Counted from the first letter of the stretch, positions 41,046-54,404 are shown. The stretch is 64,000 nucleotides of DNA from Candidatus Eiseniibacteriota bacterium (GCA_963717935.1 CAVQXP010000004.1:1280001-1344000); one strand, 5' to 3'. The notes: generated by a model from the letters alone, not told the origin. Program-made: numbers and translations.

Positions 41046-42254
41046 ATGAACATCCGCCCCGTACTCGAGAAGATGATCGCGGCCCACGCCAGTGACCTGC
41101 ATCTCAAGGCCGGGACCGCGCCCGTAGTGCGCGTGGATGGTGTTCTCTACACCCTCGATGAGAGTTCGCCGTCGGCGCCCGAGTTGCGCGACGTGGTGGA
41201 CCAACTGCTCAACGACGAGCAGCGGCTCTACTTCTCCACCCACAGCGAGATCGACTTCGCCTTCGGCGTCTCGGGCCTGGCCCGCTTCCGCGCCAACTGT
41301 TTCATGCAGCGCGGCACGCCCGCCCTGGCCCTGCGTCACGTGCCGGTCGAGGTGCCGAGCATCGAGGACCTGACGCTGCCCCCGGTGGTGCGCGAGCTGG
41401 CGTTCTCGCCGCGCGGGCTGGTGCTGGTCACCGGGCGCACCGGCTCGGGCAAGTCCACGACGCTGGCGGCCATGATCGATGCCGTCAACCGGGTCACGAC
41501 GCGCAACATCATCACCATCGAGGACCCCATCGAGTTCCTGCACCGCGACCGCCTGTCCTTCATCCACCAGCGCGAGGTGGGCCTGGACACGCGCTCGTTC
41601 CACGACGGCCTCAAGTACGTGCTTCGCCAGGACCCGGACGTCATCCTGGTGGGTGAGATCCGCGACCTGGAGACGATGAGCACCACGCTCATGGCGGCGG
41701 ACACCGGGCACCTGGTGCTCTCGACCCTGCACACCACGGACGTCGTGCAGACGCTGCAGCGCATCATCTCCTTCTATCCGCCGCACCAGCACGACGAGCT
41801 GCGGCTGTCCATGGCCTCGAACCTGCGGGCGGTGATCTCCCAGCGCCTCATCCCGCGGCGCGATGGCGCCGGCCGTGTGCCGGCGATCGAGGTCATGACC
41901 GGCACGCCGACGGTGCGCGAGTACATCCTGAACCCGGAGAAGACCCAGCTGCTGCGCGCCCTGATCGCCGAGGGGATGACCCAGTACGGGATGCAGACCT
42001 TCGACCAGTCCATCATGGGCCTGCTGCGCGAGGGCCTGATCAGCGAGGAAGAGGCGCTCAAGAACGCCAACAACCCGAACGAGCTGGCGCTCAAGCTCAA
42101 GGGCATCGACGCTTCCTCCGACCGCACCTGGCAGCCGGTCCAGGCGAACGCGTCCCCGGCCGAGGCGAAGCCGGCTGGCGATACCCTCGCCAGCAGCGGC
42201 GGCGCTCCGCGCAGCGCCGCAGTCGCCCCACCCAGCGAGGGCTTCCTGAACTGA
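41046..42254 (+). CDS. PilT/PilU-family type IV pilus retraction ATPase
   Basis: [64 protein letters not shown]. Confidence 0.92.
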   Translation: MNIRPVLEKMIAAHASDLHLKAGTAPVVRVDGVLYTLDESSPSAPELRDVVDQLLNDEQRLYFSTHSEIDFAFGVSGLARFRANCFMQRGTPALALRHVPVEVPSIEDLTLPPVVRELAFSPRGLVLVTGRTGSGKSTTLAAMIDAVNRVTTRNIITIEDPIEFLHRDRLSFIHQREVGLDTRSFHDGLKYVLRQDPDVILVGEIRDLETMSTTLMAADTGHLVLSTLHTTDVVQTLQRIISFYPPHQHDELRLSMASNLRAVISQRLIPRRDGAGRVPAIEVMTGTPTVREYILNPEKTQLLRALIAEGMTQYGMQTFDQSIMGLLREGLISEEEALKNANNPNELALKLKGIDASSDRTWQPVQANASPAEAKPAGDTLASSGGAPRSAAVAPPSEGFLN

Positions 42255-43643
42255 TGTTCCGCAAGGTCCTGGTGGCGAATCGGGGGGAGATCGCGCTGCG
42301 CGTCATCCGCGCCTGCCGCGAGCTCCGGATCTCGACCGTGGCCGTCTTCAGCACGGCCGACCGTGACAGCCTGCACGTGCGCCTGGCAGACGAGTCGGTG
42401 TGCATCGGGCCGCCCCCGCCGGTGCAGTCCTACAACCACATCGCGCGCCTGATCTCGGCTGCCGAGATCGCGGGCGCCGACGCCATCCACCCGGGCTACG
42501 GCTTCCTCGCCGAGAACGCGCACTTCGCCGAGGTCTGCGAGTCCTGCGGGTTCACCTTCATCGGCCCGACCGCCGAGATGATCCGCCGCATGGGCGACAA
42601 GATCGAGGCGCGCCGCACCATGAAGGACGCCGGCCTGCCGATCGTGCCGGGCAGCGAGGGCGCGATCCCCGACGTGGACGAGGCGGTGTCCCTGGCCCGC
42701 AGCATCGGCTTCCCGGTCATCATCAAGGCAGCGGCGGGTGGTGGTGGGCGGGGCATGCGCGTGGCATGGGACGAGAAGCAACTGCGCGTGGGCTTTGGCG
42801 TCGCGCAGGCCGAGGCGGGCGCGGCCTTCAGCAACAACGTGGTCTACCTGGAGAAGTTCATCGCCCGGCCGCGTCACATCGAGTTCCAGCTGTTCGGCGA
42901 CACCCACGGCAATCTGGTCCACCTGGGCGAGCGCGAGTGCTCGGTGCAGCGGAACCATCAGAAGCTCATCGAGGAGGCGCCCAGCCCGCTCTTGACGGAG
43001 GAGCAGCGTTGCCGGATCGGCGCCCTCGCCGTGCGGGGCGCGCAGTCCATCGGCTACCGGGGCGCGGGCACCATGGAGTTCCTGTTCGACCAGGACGGCT
43101 CCTACTACTTCATGGAGATGAACACACGCATCCAGGTCGAGCACCCGGTCACCGAGGAGGTGACCGGGACTGGATCTGGTGAAGGAGCAGATCCTGGTGG
43201 CGGCCGGCGAGAAGCTCTCGGTCCGGCAGGAGGACGTGCGCTGGGAGGGGCACGCCTTCGAGTGCCGCATCAACGCCGAGGACCACGAGCACGGCTTCCG
43301 TCCGAGTCCGGGTGCGATCACCTACTTCTACCGCCCCGGCGGGCCCGGCCTGCGCATGGACAGCCACGTCTACACGGGCTACACCGTGCCGCCCTACTAC
43401 GACTCGATGATCGGGAAGCTCATCGCGCGCGGGAAGGATCGGCCCGAGGCGCTGCGCCGCATGGAGATCGCGCTCGAGGAGCTGATCGTGGAGGGCATCA
43501 AGACCACGATCCCCTTCCACCTCCTTGCGGTCCGCGACCCCGCCTTCCAGCGGGGCGATCTCGACACCCACTTCGTCGAGCGGTTGCTGGGGCCGAAGCC
43601 CGCACCGGCCGGAGCTGCCGCCACGGCCGCCGCGGCGCCCTAG
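42254..43643 (+). CDS. accC: Biotin carboxylase (one apparent frameshift near 43170)
   Basis: [46 protein letters not shown]; next frame [16 protein letters not shown]. Confidence 0.94.
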
Positions 43644-43654
43644 CCCGCCGCACC

Positions 43655-44344
43655 GTGCCGGCGCAGGTCTCCGTCCTGCTCACTCCCGCGGGCGGGGCCG
43701 TGCCCTCGCGGGCCACCGCCGTGGTGGTGGACGTGCTGCGCGCCACGAGCGTCCTCACGCTGGCGCGGTTGCACGGCGCGCGCGCCGTCCTGCCCGCGGG
43801 CACGCCCGAGGAGGCCCTGGCGCTTCGTGCCCGGCGCCCCGGCGCCCTGTTGTGCGGGGAGCGCGACGGGCGGCGGATCGCGGGCTTCCACCTCGGCAAC
43901 TCACCTTTCGAGTACGGCTCCGAGGCCGTGGAGGGGCGTACGCTCATCTTCGCCTCCACCAACGGTTCGCAGGCGCTGCTCGCCGCGCGTGGCGCACGGC
44001 GGCGCGTGCTCGGCGCCTTCGTCAACGCGAGCGCGGTTCTGGAGACGCTCGACGCGGACGAGGTGGTCGCCGTCGTGTGCTCGGGCAAGCAGGGCCACTA
44101 CGCGCTCGAGGACGCGGCCTTCGCCGGCTGGCTGGTGGAGCGGCTGGCCGCGCGCGGCGCGCGCGTCACGGGAACCGCGGCCGCGTTCGCGCGCCGCACC
44201 GCCCCGCGCGACGCGGCCGACGTGCGCGCGCTGGTGCAGGGGGCGGCGCACGGGCGCTACCTGCGCTCGCTGGGGCCCGAGTTCGCGCGTGACGTGGAGT
44301 TCTGCGCGGGGCTCGATACGATCTCGCGGGCCTTCGAGGTCTGA
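43655..44344 (+). CDS. comB: 2-phosphosulfolactate phosphatase family protein
   Basis: [16 protein letters not shown]...[21 protein letters not shown]. Confidence 0.88.
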   Translation: MPAQVSVLLTPAGGAVPSRATAVVVDVLRATSVLTLARLHGARAVLPAGTPEEALALRARRPGALLCGERDGRRIAGFHLGNSPFEYGSEAVEGRTLIFASTNGSQALLAARGARRRVLGAFVNASAVLETLDADEVVAVVCSGKQGHYALEDAAFAGWLVERLAARGARVTGTAAAFARRTAPRDAADVRALVQGAAHGRYLRSLGPEFARDVEFCAGLDTISRAFEV

Positions 44345-44371
44345 GCCGGAGCCGACCCCGGCCCCCGTCGC

Positions 44372-45452
44372 CTACCGCTTCTGGGCCTGGGCCATCATGA
44401 CGGCGCCCACCGCGCCGAAGACCAGGTCCCCCAGCCAGCCCGCCAGATACGGGTTCAGCGCGCCGCTGTGGCCCAGGGCCTGCCCGGTGCGCAGCAGGGC
44501 GTAGTAGCAGAAGGAGATGATGATCGAGAGCCCGAAGCCGAGCGCGGCGCTCTGCATCCGCAGGCGCGTGGCCACGGGCGCGCCGATGAGCACGACGATC
44601 AGGTTGACGAGGGGGAAGGCCAGCTTCACCTGCAGGTCCACCAGGTAGTTCGCCACGCGTGCCCCGCTGGCGCGCAGCTTCTGCACGTAGGACCACAGCT
44701 CGAAGAAGTTCATCTCGCCCGGGTTGCGGCTCTCCTTGGCGAAGTCCGCGGGCTGCTCGACGATCCCGTTCACCGCCATGCGGTCGAAGGCCTTCACCTG
44801 CTCCCGGTTGCCCGAGAACCTGCGCAGGAAGCCCGAGGAGAACACCCATCGTGTTCCGTCCCAACTGGCCTCGGCGGCGTCGATGCGCCGCACCAGGGCG
44901 CCGCCGAAGAACTCCTGCAGCGAGACCTCGTGCATGCGCTGCTCGCCCACCAGGTACAGCCGCATGTAGAAGATGCGGCCGCCCTCGCCGAGATAGGTGA
45001 CGTCGGCCCGCTCGGTCACCTGGCGGCGCCGCATGCCCTGGATCTCCTGGTCGTAGATCGCGTCCCGCTGGCGGTTCGTCTCCGGCACGACGGATTCGCT
45101 CAGGGCCAGGGAGAACAGCGTGGAGGCGACGGACACCGCCAGCACCGGCGCGAGGATGCCGCATCAGCGAGCGTCCGGACGTGCGCATCGCGGTCAGCTC
45201 GCCGAACTTGTTGAGCTGGCCGAGCGCGAGGAAGGTGGCCATCAGGAGCGCGATGGGCAGCACCTGCACCAGCCATTCGGGCAGACGGTAGAGGTAGTAG
45301 CGCCCGATCAGCGGGAAGGCGGCGTGGTGGTCGAGGAACACGTCGATCTTCTCGAACACGTCCACCACCACGAAGATGGCGAGGATGCCGACGAGCCCGA
45401 GGGCGAGGTAGCCGGCGAACTCCCGAAGCAGGTAGCGGTCGAGGATCTTCAC
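44372..45452 (-). CDS. LptF/LptG family permease (LptG-like; frameshift near 45160)
   Basis: MKILDRYLLREF, LPIALLMA..GELTAMRTSG, KLAFP, GFGLSI, LNPYLAGW. Confidence 0.88.
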
Positions 45453-46879
45453 GCGGGCGGTCCTCCTCCGGGTGGGCCCGCGGGCAGTGCCTCCCGGGAG
45501 CCTTCGCGCCAGCGGCCCCAGGACGTCGCGCGGGGGGCCCGGGGCCGCCAGACCTCGATCGAGCGCAGGGTGGCCAGCAGGCCCCAGGTCCCGAGTGCCA
45601 GATTCGGGAGCCACATGGCCAGCCAGGGCGGCAGCAGCAGCCGGTTGGCCAACTCCTCGCCACCGACCAGGCAGAGATAGTAGAAGAGGAAGAACGCCAC
45701 CGAGACGAAGGCCACCGCGGGGCCCGCGCGCCGCACGCGCATGCCGAGCGGTGCCCCGATGAAGACGAACACCACGCAGGCCGCCGGCAGCGAGAACTTC
45801 TTGTGGATCTCGACCGAAAGCGAGCCCGCCCGCCGCTCGAGCGCCTCGCGCTCCATCCGCCAGAGCTCCAACTCGATCCGCACCTGGGGGTTCTCCTGCT
45901 GCACGCGCTCGAGCATCGGGTTGCCGCCAAACAGCGCCCGCAGGGTCGTGGCCACCCGCGCGTCCCACGAGAGCCCGGCGGGGATCACGGCCTCCAGGTC
46001 GCGGGCGGTGAGCCCGTAGGTGGCGAGGTGCTCCAGGTGCTGGGCGGTCGAGCGCTGATCCTGCTCGATCACCCGTTGCCGCTCCTGCGCGAGCTGGCCG
46101 GCGCTCATCTCGCGATCGCTGCGCGCTTCGCGTACGCTGCGCTCCAGGATGGCGCCCGCGCCCTGGATGTGGATGATGTGGGTCTTGAAGACCATGCGCC
46201 GGTACTTCCGCGGGCCGCCCTCGTCGGCCGGGATCTCGTGGATCTCCCCGTCCTTCAGTTCGAGCACGGCCGTGCGGCCGTCGGGCGTGTAGGTCAGGAA
46301 GCCGCGGTTGGCCAGGATGAGGTTGGGGGGACCGCCGGCGTTCATCTGGTAGATGGTCACACCCCGCATCTCGTTGGTGCGCCCGTTCACGGACTGGACC
46401 AGCAGGTTGTAGCCCGGGAAGTCGGTGATGAAGACTCCCTCCTGGAGCTTTACCGTGGGCCGCATGCGGCCGATGTCGATGAGCAGGTTGGCGAAGGCAT
46501 GGTTGGACTCGGGCAATACCCGGTCGTTGAAGAACGTGAGGCCCGCCGCCAGCAGCGTGGCCGCCAGCAGCGGGCCGACGAGGATGGAGGCCAGGTTGAC
46601 GCCGCTGGCGCGCAGTGCGGTGATCTCGTTGTCCTGGGAGAGGCGGCCGAAGGTCATCAGCACGGCTACCAGGACCGCGCAGGGCACCGACAGCGCCACG
46701 ATGTAGCCCAGGGAGAGCAGGAAGAGCTGGAGCACCGCCAGGGGGGCCACGCCCCGGTTGATCACCAGGTCCAGGTAGTCGAACAGGACGTCCATCTCGA
46801 GGATGAACGTGACCACCCCGAAACCCAGCAGTAAGGGAACCAGATGCTGCTTCAGGATGTACCAGTGGAGGATACGCAT
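45449..46879 (-). CDS. LptF/LptG family permease (LptF-like)
   Basis: MRILHWYILK, GRLSQDNEITALRASG, EIHKKFSLPAAC, GAPLG, WLPN. Confidence 0.9.
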   Translation of the reverse strand: MRILHWYILKQHLVPLLLGFGVVTFILEMDVLFDYLDLVINRGVAPLAVLQLFLLSLGYIVALSVPCAVLVAVLMTFGRLSQDNEITALRASGVNLASILVGPLLAATLLAAGLTFFNDRVLPESNHAFANLLIDIGRMRPTVKLQEGVFITDFPGYNLLVQSVNGRTNEMRGVTIYQMNAGGPPNLILANRGFLTYTPDGRTAVLELKDGEIHEIPADEGGPRKYRRMVFKTHIIHIQGAGAILERSVREARSDREMSAGQLAQERQRVIEQDQRSTAQHLEHLATYGLTARDLEAVIPAGLSWDARVATTLRALFGGNPMLERVQQENPQVRIELELWRMEREALERRAGSLSVEIHKKFSLPAACVVFVFIGAPLGMRVRRAGPAVAFVSVAFFLFYYLCLVGGEELANRLLLPPWLAMWLPNLALGTWGLLATLRSIEVWRPRAPRATSWGRWREGSREALPAGPPGGGPPA

Positions 46880-46937
46880 GGCTGCGCAGCCTACCTCATG
46901 GGTCGGGACGGGAGCGACGGATTTCCTTCGATGGCCT

Positions 46938-46966
46938 TTGACCGGCAGGGGTTCCCCTGCTAGGGT
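46938..46966 (+). promoter_or_regulatory. sigma70-type promoter of sprA with a palindromic spacer
   Basis: TTGACC-17 nt-TAGGGT with TG extension; the spacer contains GCAGGGG-TT-CCCCTGC. Confidence 0.5.
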
Positions 46967-47015
46967 CACCGGCTGCGCCTCCTCCCACGGGGGCGCAGCC
47001 GTTTAGGCTGCCTGC

Positions 47016-50000
47016 ATGCTGACCGCTCTTCCGGCCCTCCTGTTGTTCATCGGGTTTCCCCATTTCGGGCTGAAGCCCAGCCGCCCGGCGTCCCCCGCGG
47101 ACTCTCTCCCGCCGGCCTGGAAGAGCGCGTCCCGGCTGGCGCTGGAGGACCAGTTCGTCCTGGGCGCCCTGCGCCCCCTTCGGCTGCGCTCCCCGGGCCT
47201 GCGGCTGAACCTCGACCCGCGCTCGCTGCGGGTGACCATGGACCCCGACTCCGGCACGGTGAGCACGTCCACGCGTCTGGGCGAGATCCCCCTGGGCCCG
47301 GGCGCGGCTCGCTCGCTCTCGGCTTTCTCCCGCGAGACCGGCCGGCTCACCTTCGAGCGGTTGTGGCTCGAGACCTCCACGCGGAACCTCAACGTCAAGG
47401 CGCAGGGCTCTGGCCGCGGGGCCTCCACGACGGGGCTCTCCTTCAAGCTGCCCTCGCCGCTGCCGGCGCGCGTGCAGAACCTGCTCGGGCCCGGCGGTCC
47501 GGCGCTGAACGTCTCCGGTTCCGAGAACATCCGGCTTTCGGGGCAGAGCGACTGGAGCAACCAGCAGGTGGGTCTGCTGGGCCAGCGGCGCTCGCTGTTC
47601 CCGACGCTGAACATGCAGCAGGACCTGGACATCCGCCTCGAGGGGCAGCTCTCCGATCGCATCAAGGTCAACCTGCTGCAGAACTCCGCCAACCAGATCC
47701 CGCTCGCCAACCGGATCGCCATCAACTACCGCGGCGATGAGGACGACCTGGTCCAGGCGCTCGACCTGGGCAACACCAGCCTGACGTTGCCGGGCACCCA
47801 GTACGTCTCCTACAGCGGCCGCAACGAGGGCCTGTTCGGCGTCAAGGCGGCGCTGCGCTACGGCCTGCTCGACTTCACGATTCTGGCGAGCAAGCAGGAG
47901 GGCAAGAGCGAGCGCGCGAGCTACGCCGGGGGCGCCTCGAAGCAGAACCAGACCCTGAACGACTTCGACTACGTGCGCGGGACCTATTTCTTCCTCTACG
48001 ACCCCAGCACCCCGACGCTCGACATCGAGGACGCCAGCATCGTGCTCTACCGTGACAACGCGGACTACACCAGCAACGTGAGCACGGTGCGCGGCCGGGC
48101 GCTGGTGGATCCGACCCTGGGCCCGGGCACGGCGCCCGACACGGCGGCGGTGCTCGGCCTCTTCACGCAGCTGACGGCCGGGGCGGACAAGGACTACGAG
48201 ATCCTGCGGGACATCTACGGTCCGAACTTCAAGGTCATCCGGCTCCGGCGCCAGATGGTGGGAGACCAACGCCTGGCCGTGACCTATCGTCGGCGCCCGG
48301 CGGGTTCGACGGGGCCCTACGAGCAGGTGGGGAGCACCGGGCTCGTGGACGACCTCGATGGGGTGCCGACCATCCAGATGAAGCTGCTGCGCGCGCCCGC
48401 CAACCGGCTCGTGCCGGACTCCACCGGCGTCAGGTTCGAGATCGGACCCTGCCCGGGCGCCATTCAACGCGACGCGGGAGCTCGAGCTCAGGAACTTCTA
48501 CCAGCTCGGCGGCCAGCGCATCGACCCCGGCACCATCAAGCTCAACGTCCGCCAGGGCTACTCCGATCCGCCGCACTACTCCGAACCCGATGCGCCCGGG
48601 ATCCCCTACATCGAGATGCTGGGCCTCGACAACTACGACGAGTCCGGGGGGTCGGCGGTGCGCGGCGCCCACGACAACCAGGTGGACGGCACGGTGGTGA
48701 CCTCGAACATGCGCGCCTTCGTGGACTTCGAGAACGGCGTCCTGTTCCTGCCCGACCCGCGTCCCTTCGCGCCGCGGCTCGGCCCGGACGGGAAGGCCTT
48801 CGACCGCGCGGTCAGCGACCTGCTCTCGCGGCGCGACTCGCTCATCGGATCCCCCGACCCCCACTCCAGCGCCGCCGGCCTGGAGCAGAACGCCTCCAAT
48901 CCCGCCATCTACGACGACTACAACCCGCGCCGCGACCTCGCGCTCGAGTTACTTCATCGACGTGGAGTTCACCGCGGCGATGGCCCAGGGCGAGATCATG
49001 CTGGGGCGCGGCAATCTGCTCGAGGGCTCCGAGGTCGTCTCGGTGGGCGGCGAGCAGTGGGTGCGCGACAAGGACTACACGATCGACTACGACCTCGGCC
49101 GCCTCACGCTCAAGCGCCAGTTGCCCGCCCGGCGGCCAGCTCAGCGTGAACTACTCCTACGCCCCGCTCTTCCAGCAGGCCGGCCGCACGCTGGTCGGGA
49201 GCGCCTTCCGCCTCGAGGGGCGCGAGAAGAGCCTTGGCGGGGCCTTCATGTACGAGAGCAAGGGCGCGCAGGACCTGCGTCCGCGGCTGGGGGAGGAGCC
49301 CTCGCGCAGTCTCATCACCGACCTCAACACCGAATGGACGTTCCACCCGGACTGGATGACCCGGATGGTGGACCGCCTGCCCGGGATCCGCACCACCGCC
49401 CCCTCGAGTTTCCACGTGCAGGCCGAGATGGGCATGTCGCTTCCCCAATCCCAACACCCGGAACGAAGTCTTCATCGACGACATGGAGGGGGTGCGCGAC
49501 GCGGTCTCCCTGGCCATGATGCAGGAACGCTGGCACTGGGCGAGCCCGCCGCTGCTCAAGCTGGTGACGGGCACGGAGATACCGATCACGGACCCGGACG
49601 TGAAGACGAACTTCGAGACCTACGGCCTCCACGCCACCGAACTGCACTGGTACTCGCCGCCCAACTACGTCAGGGAACGCGACCTCAAGCCCAATCTCAT
49701 CGACGCCCAGGGCGCGCTCAACCCGCACCAGGTGCTGTGCCTGAGCGTGCCGCGCCGGCCGCGCGGGGCGATCAGCGATTCCACCCGGCTGTGGGCGGGC
49801 GTGGGCTACGTGCTCGACCAGGTGGGCCTCGATCTCTCCCGCTCCCAGTTCATCGAGCTGTGGGTGAACGACTTCCGCGACCAGCATGCCGCGGATGGGT
49901 TGGGCCGCGTGCGCGGGCGCCACGTCCAGCTCCACGTGGATCTGGGCACGATGAGCGAGGACCAGATGCGCTCGCCGGACCAGCCGCCCAACGGTCTGCT

Positions 50001-53000
50001 GGACAGTGAGGACAAGGCCCGCGACAACGTGCTCACGGTGGAAGAGGACACGGGACTCGACGGGTTGATGAACCCCGACTCGAGCCGGGTGCGCGACCTG
50101 GTCACCTCGAACGGGACGGATCCCGAGGGCGATGACTTCCATCCGCCGGAGGAAATCGTGACCCGGGAGGAGGACAAGTCCATCGACCCGCGCAACTGGG
50201 TGTCGGTGAACGGCACCGAGGGCAACCGCACCATCAACCCCGTGCCGGACACCGAGGACCTCAATCTGAACGGCGCCCTGGATCCCAACAACGACTACTA
50301 CGAGTACACCATCGACCTGGGCGATGTCTCCCCGGACGCGCCCTACCTGGTGACGGACGTGCAGCGCGACTTCGGCCCCGACTTGCCGACCTCCTACCCC
50401 AACGGCTGGCGCCGTTACCGCATCCCGATCGCCGACTCCCTGGCCGTGAAGTTCGGGAACCCCAACCTGGCGATGGTCCAGGGCGTGCGAGTCTGGATCC
50501 AGGGCGTCGTGGAGTCGGACTCGTCGCTCGCGGACATCCGCAAGCCGCTGCTCATGCTGGGCGGGCTGGACATCGTGGGCAGCCGCTGGCAGCAGGCCGC
50601 GCTCGACTCGATCTCGCTCACCTCGCCGGTCACGACGCTGACCCTGAACTCGGTGAACACGCTGGACAACGCCGACGTCTACGTGGCGCCCTTCGACCCC
50701 GGCCTGACGCGCAACGGCAGCCAGGAACTCACCCGCCGCGAGCAGTCCATGAGCCTGGAGTTCACCGACCTCAAGCCCGGCGCGGCGCTGGAGACGTTCA
50801 AGACCTTCTCGCTGGACGAGAACTACAGCCGCTACGGCAAGCTCACCTGGTTTGCCGCGGGCTTCGACGTGCGCGACTCGAGCGATGCGCCCTACGACGC
50901 GGCCGTGGACACCGCGCTCTTCTACTACGTGCGTTTCGCCTCGGACGAGCAGGGGCGCAACTACTACGAGTACCGGGCGCGCCTGCCGGGCTCCTCGACG
51001 CCGCGCAGCATCAACTGGAGCCAGGTCGGCGCTGCAGCTCACCGACCTGTCGAACCTGAAGCTGAACCCGGACTTCCCGAAGACCGGGACGATCCGCTAC
51101 GTCGTGGCCGGGGCGGTCCCGGGGGAGAGCCTCATCGTGAACGGCAGGCCCTCGTTCACCCGGCTGCGGCGCATCTCCTTCGGCCTGCTGAACCTGAGCG
51201 GGAAGCGCTTCCGGTCGGGGCAGCTGTGGTTCGACGAGTTGCGGGCCACGGACGTGGCCAAGGACGTGGATCACGCCCAGCGCGTCCAGGTCAACGGACA
51301 GCTGTCCAACCTGATGAACTACAACCTGTCGTGGAACGGCCGCGGGGCGGACTTCCTCTCGGTGGGCGAGAGCCGTGGATCCGGCAGCTCGTTCGACCAG
51401 TTCTCGTGGAGCACTTCGATCCAGCCGCACCGCTTCTTCGAGCAGACGCGGATCTCGCTGCCCGTCAACCTCGGCTATTCACGCAACAGCTCGCGGCCCC
51501 GCTTCAGCGCCGGCGACGACATCGTCCGCACCGGGGCCCTCGAGGCCGCCAGCGAGACCCGCAACGAGTCGCGCTCGTTCTCGACCTCCTACTCGCGCGC
51601 CTGGAGCGAGCGCTCCAACCCGTTTCTGCGCTACACGCTCGGCGGCATCACCGCCAGCTACAACTGGAGCCAGTCCAAGGGCCGCAGCCCCTATTCGGTG
51701 GACAGCACCGTCGTCAAGTCCGCGACGGTGAGCTACCTCATCGCGCCCCGCAAGCTCCTCGCGATCGGGATCCCGTTGAGCAAGGCCCGCTTCTACCTTC
51801 TGCCGGAGCGCGCCTACTGGAACTATTCGGTCAACAGCACCCGCACCGTCTCCTTCGACCGGGTGGGTGCCCTGCGTGACTCGCTCCGCAAGCGCAGCGA
51901 CGTGACCGGCCGGTCCGCTTTCGTGAACTTCGGTGCCGACTCGCGGCCCCTCGATTTCCTCCACCACAACATCCAGGGAGTCCGCAACCTGATGCTGCCA
52001 GAGGGCGAGGTGCGCAACGACCGGCTCGGGTTCGTCAACCTGGGCCGGGTGACGAGCTGGCGGCAGAGCACGGACGCGCGCTACAGCCTCACGCGCGGGC
52101 CCTGGCTGCGGCCTTCGCTCTCCTGGAACTCGTCCTACAGCCAGAACAACGGGCCCGAGCTGTCGCGCGACCTGGGCCTGCGCTCGGTGAGCAACAGCCA
52201 GTCGCTGAGCATGACCATGGAACTGCCCTTCTCGCGCTTCGAAGTCGCGAGTGCCGCCCGGCCGCCCGCGCGGCCGGACACCGCCCGCCGCGGCGCGCCC
52301 TCCGACAGTTCCCGCGCCCCGGCCGCTCGGGCGGCGCGGTTCGAACTGCCCTGGCGCAGGCTCCTCGGGGCACTGGGCACGGTCTCGACGGACGCGGGGT
52401 TCAATCGCTCGAGCGGCTACAGCCGGCTCGCGGGCACGCCCGGCTTCGCCTATCTGTTCGGGCTCTCGAGCCGCCTCGACTCGGCGCGGACGCGGCCCGC
52501 GTTCGGCAACGGCGCTTCGGTCTCGACCGACTGGCGCGTGGGGGCCCGGACCCGCGTGAAGCTCCCGTACGGCAGCTCGGCCAACACGCGCTTCGACTTC
52601 ACCTCCCGCGAGTACGACAACAACGGGATGAGGAACCGGACGCGGACCCTTCGCTTCCCCGACGTCGAGATGGAGTACGGGCGGGTGGCCAAGGTGCTGC
52701 GCCTCGACCGCGTGCTCAATAATCCGCAGCTGCGCAGCGCCTACGGGCGCTCCGTGACCACCGAGTTCGCCAACAATCGCCCCAAGGCCACCGGCCGGTC
52801 GTCGAGCAGCGACTGGCGGCCGCTCGTCGGCCTGACCGGCAGCCTGAAGAGCGGGGCGCGCATCGAGTTCAGGACGGAGCGGCGTGTCACCGAGACCGAG
52901 AACCTCCTCGTGGGGCACTCGGTCACGACCACCCGCCTCACGACCACCTACTTCAGCGTCAACCGCTCCTATTCGCGGGGTCAGAAGGTGAACATCCTGG

Positions 53001-53287
53001 GCAAGCAGAAGACGGTCAGCAGCACGGTCGGCTTGGGCCTCACCGGCCAGTACGAGGCTCACAGCGGCGAGACGGTGTCGTTCGCCGACGCCACCCGCAA
53101 TCTCCCGACCGGCGTCCGCTTCCCGATCAAGGAGGACCGGCTTTCGTTGAACGGCACCGGTTCCTACTCCTTCAGCACCAACGTCACCGGGAACCTCACG
53201 CTCGGCTATGGGCAGAACAACGACCGCCAGAAGAAGTTCCAACGGAAGAACGTGCGCGTCGAGTTGCGCGCGCAGTTCACGTTCTAG
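47016..53287 (+). CDS. sprA: SprA-like outer-membrane translocon (T9SS), ~2090 aa, split by about five apparent frameshifts
   Basis: IAINYRGDEDDLVQALDLGNTSLTLP...GLFGVKA, PRLGEEP, FIDDMEG, VDLGTMSED, DTEDLNLNGALD, WRRYRIP, REQSMSL, WFDELR, and a terminal aromatic residue (RAQFTF). Confidence 0.85.
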
Positions 53288-53291
53288 GCAC

Positions 53292-54251
53292 ATGGCCCGC
53301 GTCCTGCGGAACCTGGCCCTGGTGGTGGCGCTCGCCGTGCCGACCGCCTGCACCGCCCGGCTCGGGGTGGACGGCGCGCGTGCCCAGGCCCGGGTCGCCT
53401 TTCAGGTCGCAGCGGGAGCGCGCGTGCCCGGCAGCGCCGCTCACGCGCGCATCCTCGAGTGGCTGGCCGGGGAGCTGACGCGGCTCGGTGGCCGCGTCGA
53501 GCGGCAGGCCTTCACCGACTCGTCTCTCGGCCGGCCGCTCGCGCTCACCAATGTCATCGCGCGCTTCGAGCCCGCCGCCGCCCCGGGAGGCGCGCGGCAG
53601 GTCGGGTCGGGCCGGGCCGGCGCCCCGGGGATCGTGCTGTGCGCGCACTGGGACAGCCGGGCATGGGCGGACCAGGACCCGGACCCGGCCTTCCGGGCCC
53701 AGCCGGTGCCGGGCGCGAACGACGGGGCTTCGGGCGTGGCCGTGCTGCTCGAGGTCGCCGAGCTCATGAGGCACCGGCCGCCCCCCCTGCCGGTGGACCT
53801 GGTCTTCTTCGACGGCGAGGACCAGGGACGCGCGGGTGAACCGCAGGGATTCTGCCTCGGTGCGGCGCACTACGCGCGCCAGCTCGGGACGACGGGGAGC
53901 GGCCGCTGGCGGCCTTCCTGTTCGACATGGTGGGGGACCGGGACCTCGAGATCCACCCCGAGGTGCAGTCGTCCAGAGCGGGCCGCGAACCTGGTGGCGC
54001 TGGTGCTCGAGGGCGCGCGGGTCACGGGGGCCCGCCAGTTCAAGCCGGATCCGCGCTACTCCATCATGGACGACCACATCCCGCTGCTCGATGCGGGTGT
54101 GCCTGCGGTGGACATCATCGACTTCGACTATCCGGCCTGGCACACGCACCGCGACCTGCCCGATCAGACATCCCCGGCCAGCCTGGCCGCGGTGGCCCGC
54201 GTGGCTGCCTGGATCGTCTACCGTTCGCCGCTGGCGAGCGCCGCGCGCTGA
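53292..54251 (+). CDS. M28 family peptidase / glutaminyl cyclase-like lipoprotein (compensating frameshifts)
   Basis: CAHWDSR, GANDGASG, FFDGED, DMVGD, DDHIP, IDFDYPAWHT..D. Confidence 0.88.
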   Translation: MARVLRNLALVVALAVPTACTARLGVDGARAQARVAFQVAAGARVPGSAAHARILEWLAGELTRLGGRVERQAFTDSSLGRPLALTNVIARFEPAAAPGGARQVGSGRAGAPGIVLCAHWDSRAWADQDPDPAFRAQPVPGANDGASGVAVLLEVAELMRHRPPPLPVDLVFFDGEDQGRAGEPQGFCLGAAHYARQLGTTGSGRWRPSCSTWWGTGTSRSTPRCSRPERAANLVALVLEGARVTGARQFKPDPRYSIMDDHIPLLDAGVPAVDIIDFDYPAWHTHRDLPDQTSPASLAAVARVAAWIVYRSPLASAAR

Positions 54252-54367
54252 GACCCGCCCGCCCGGAGTCCAAATCTCTGGCGTGACGTGGGTTGGAACC
54301 GCGTTGTGGCAGCTTCGAGTCCGGGCCTCCGGACCGCTCCGACTCCGGCTCGTGGGCCAAAGTGCAC

Positions 54368-54396
54368 TTGCCGATTCCGGGCCGCTCGGTTATCGT
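54368..54396 (+). promoter_or_regulatory. sigma70 promoter of the rimP-nusA-infB operon
   Basis: TTGCCG-17 nt-TATCGT. Confidence 0.55.
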
Positions 54397-54404
54397 GCGC
54401 GCAA

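Noticed and set aside
42254..44344. 696-aa AccC-ComB fusion ORF in the ORF track
   Set aside because: Artefact of one indel near 43170. The true AccC C-terminus is in another frame ending at 43643, and comB has its own GTG at 43655.
43655..44344. comB as a competence gene linked to comM/pilT
   Set aside because: Name coincidence; the motifs are those of the 2-phosphosulfolactate phosphatase family.
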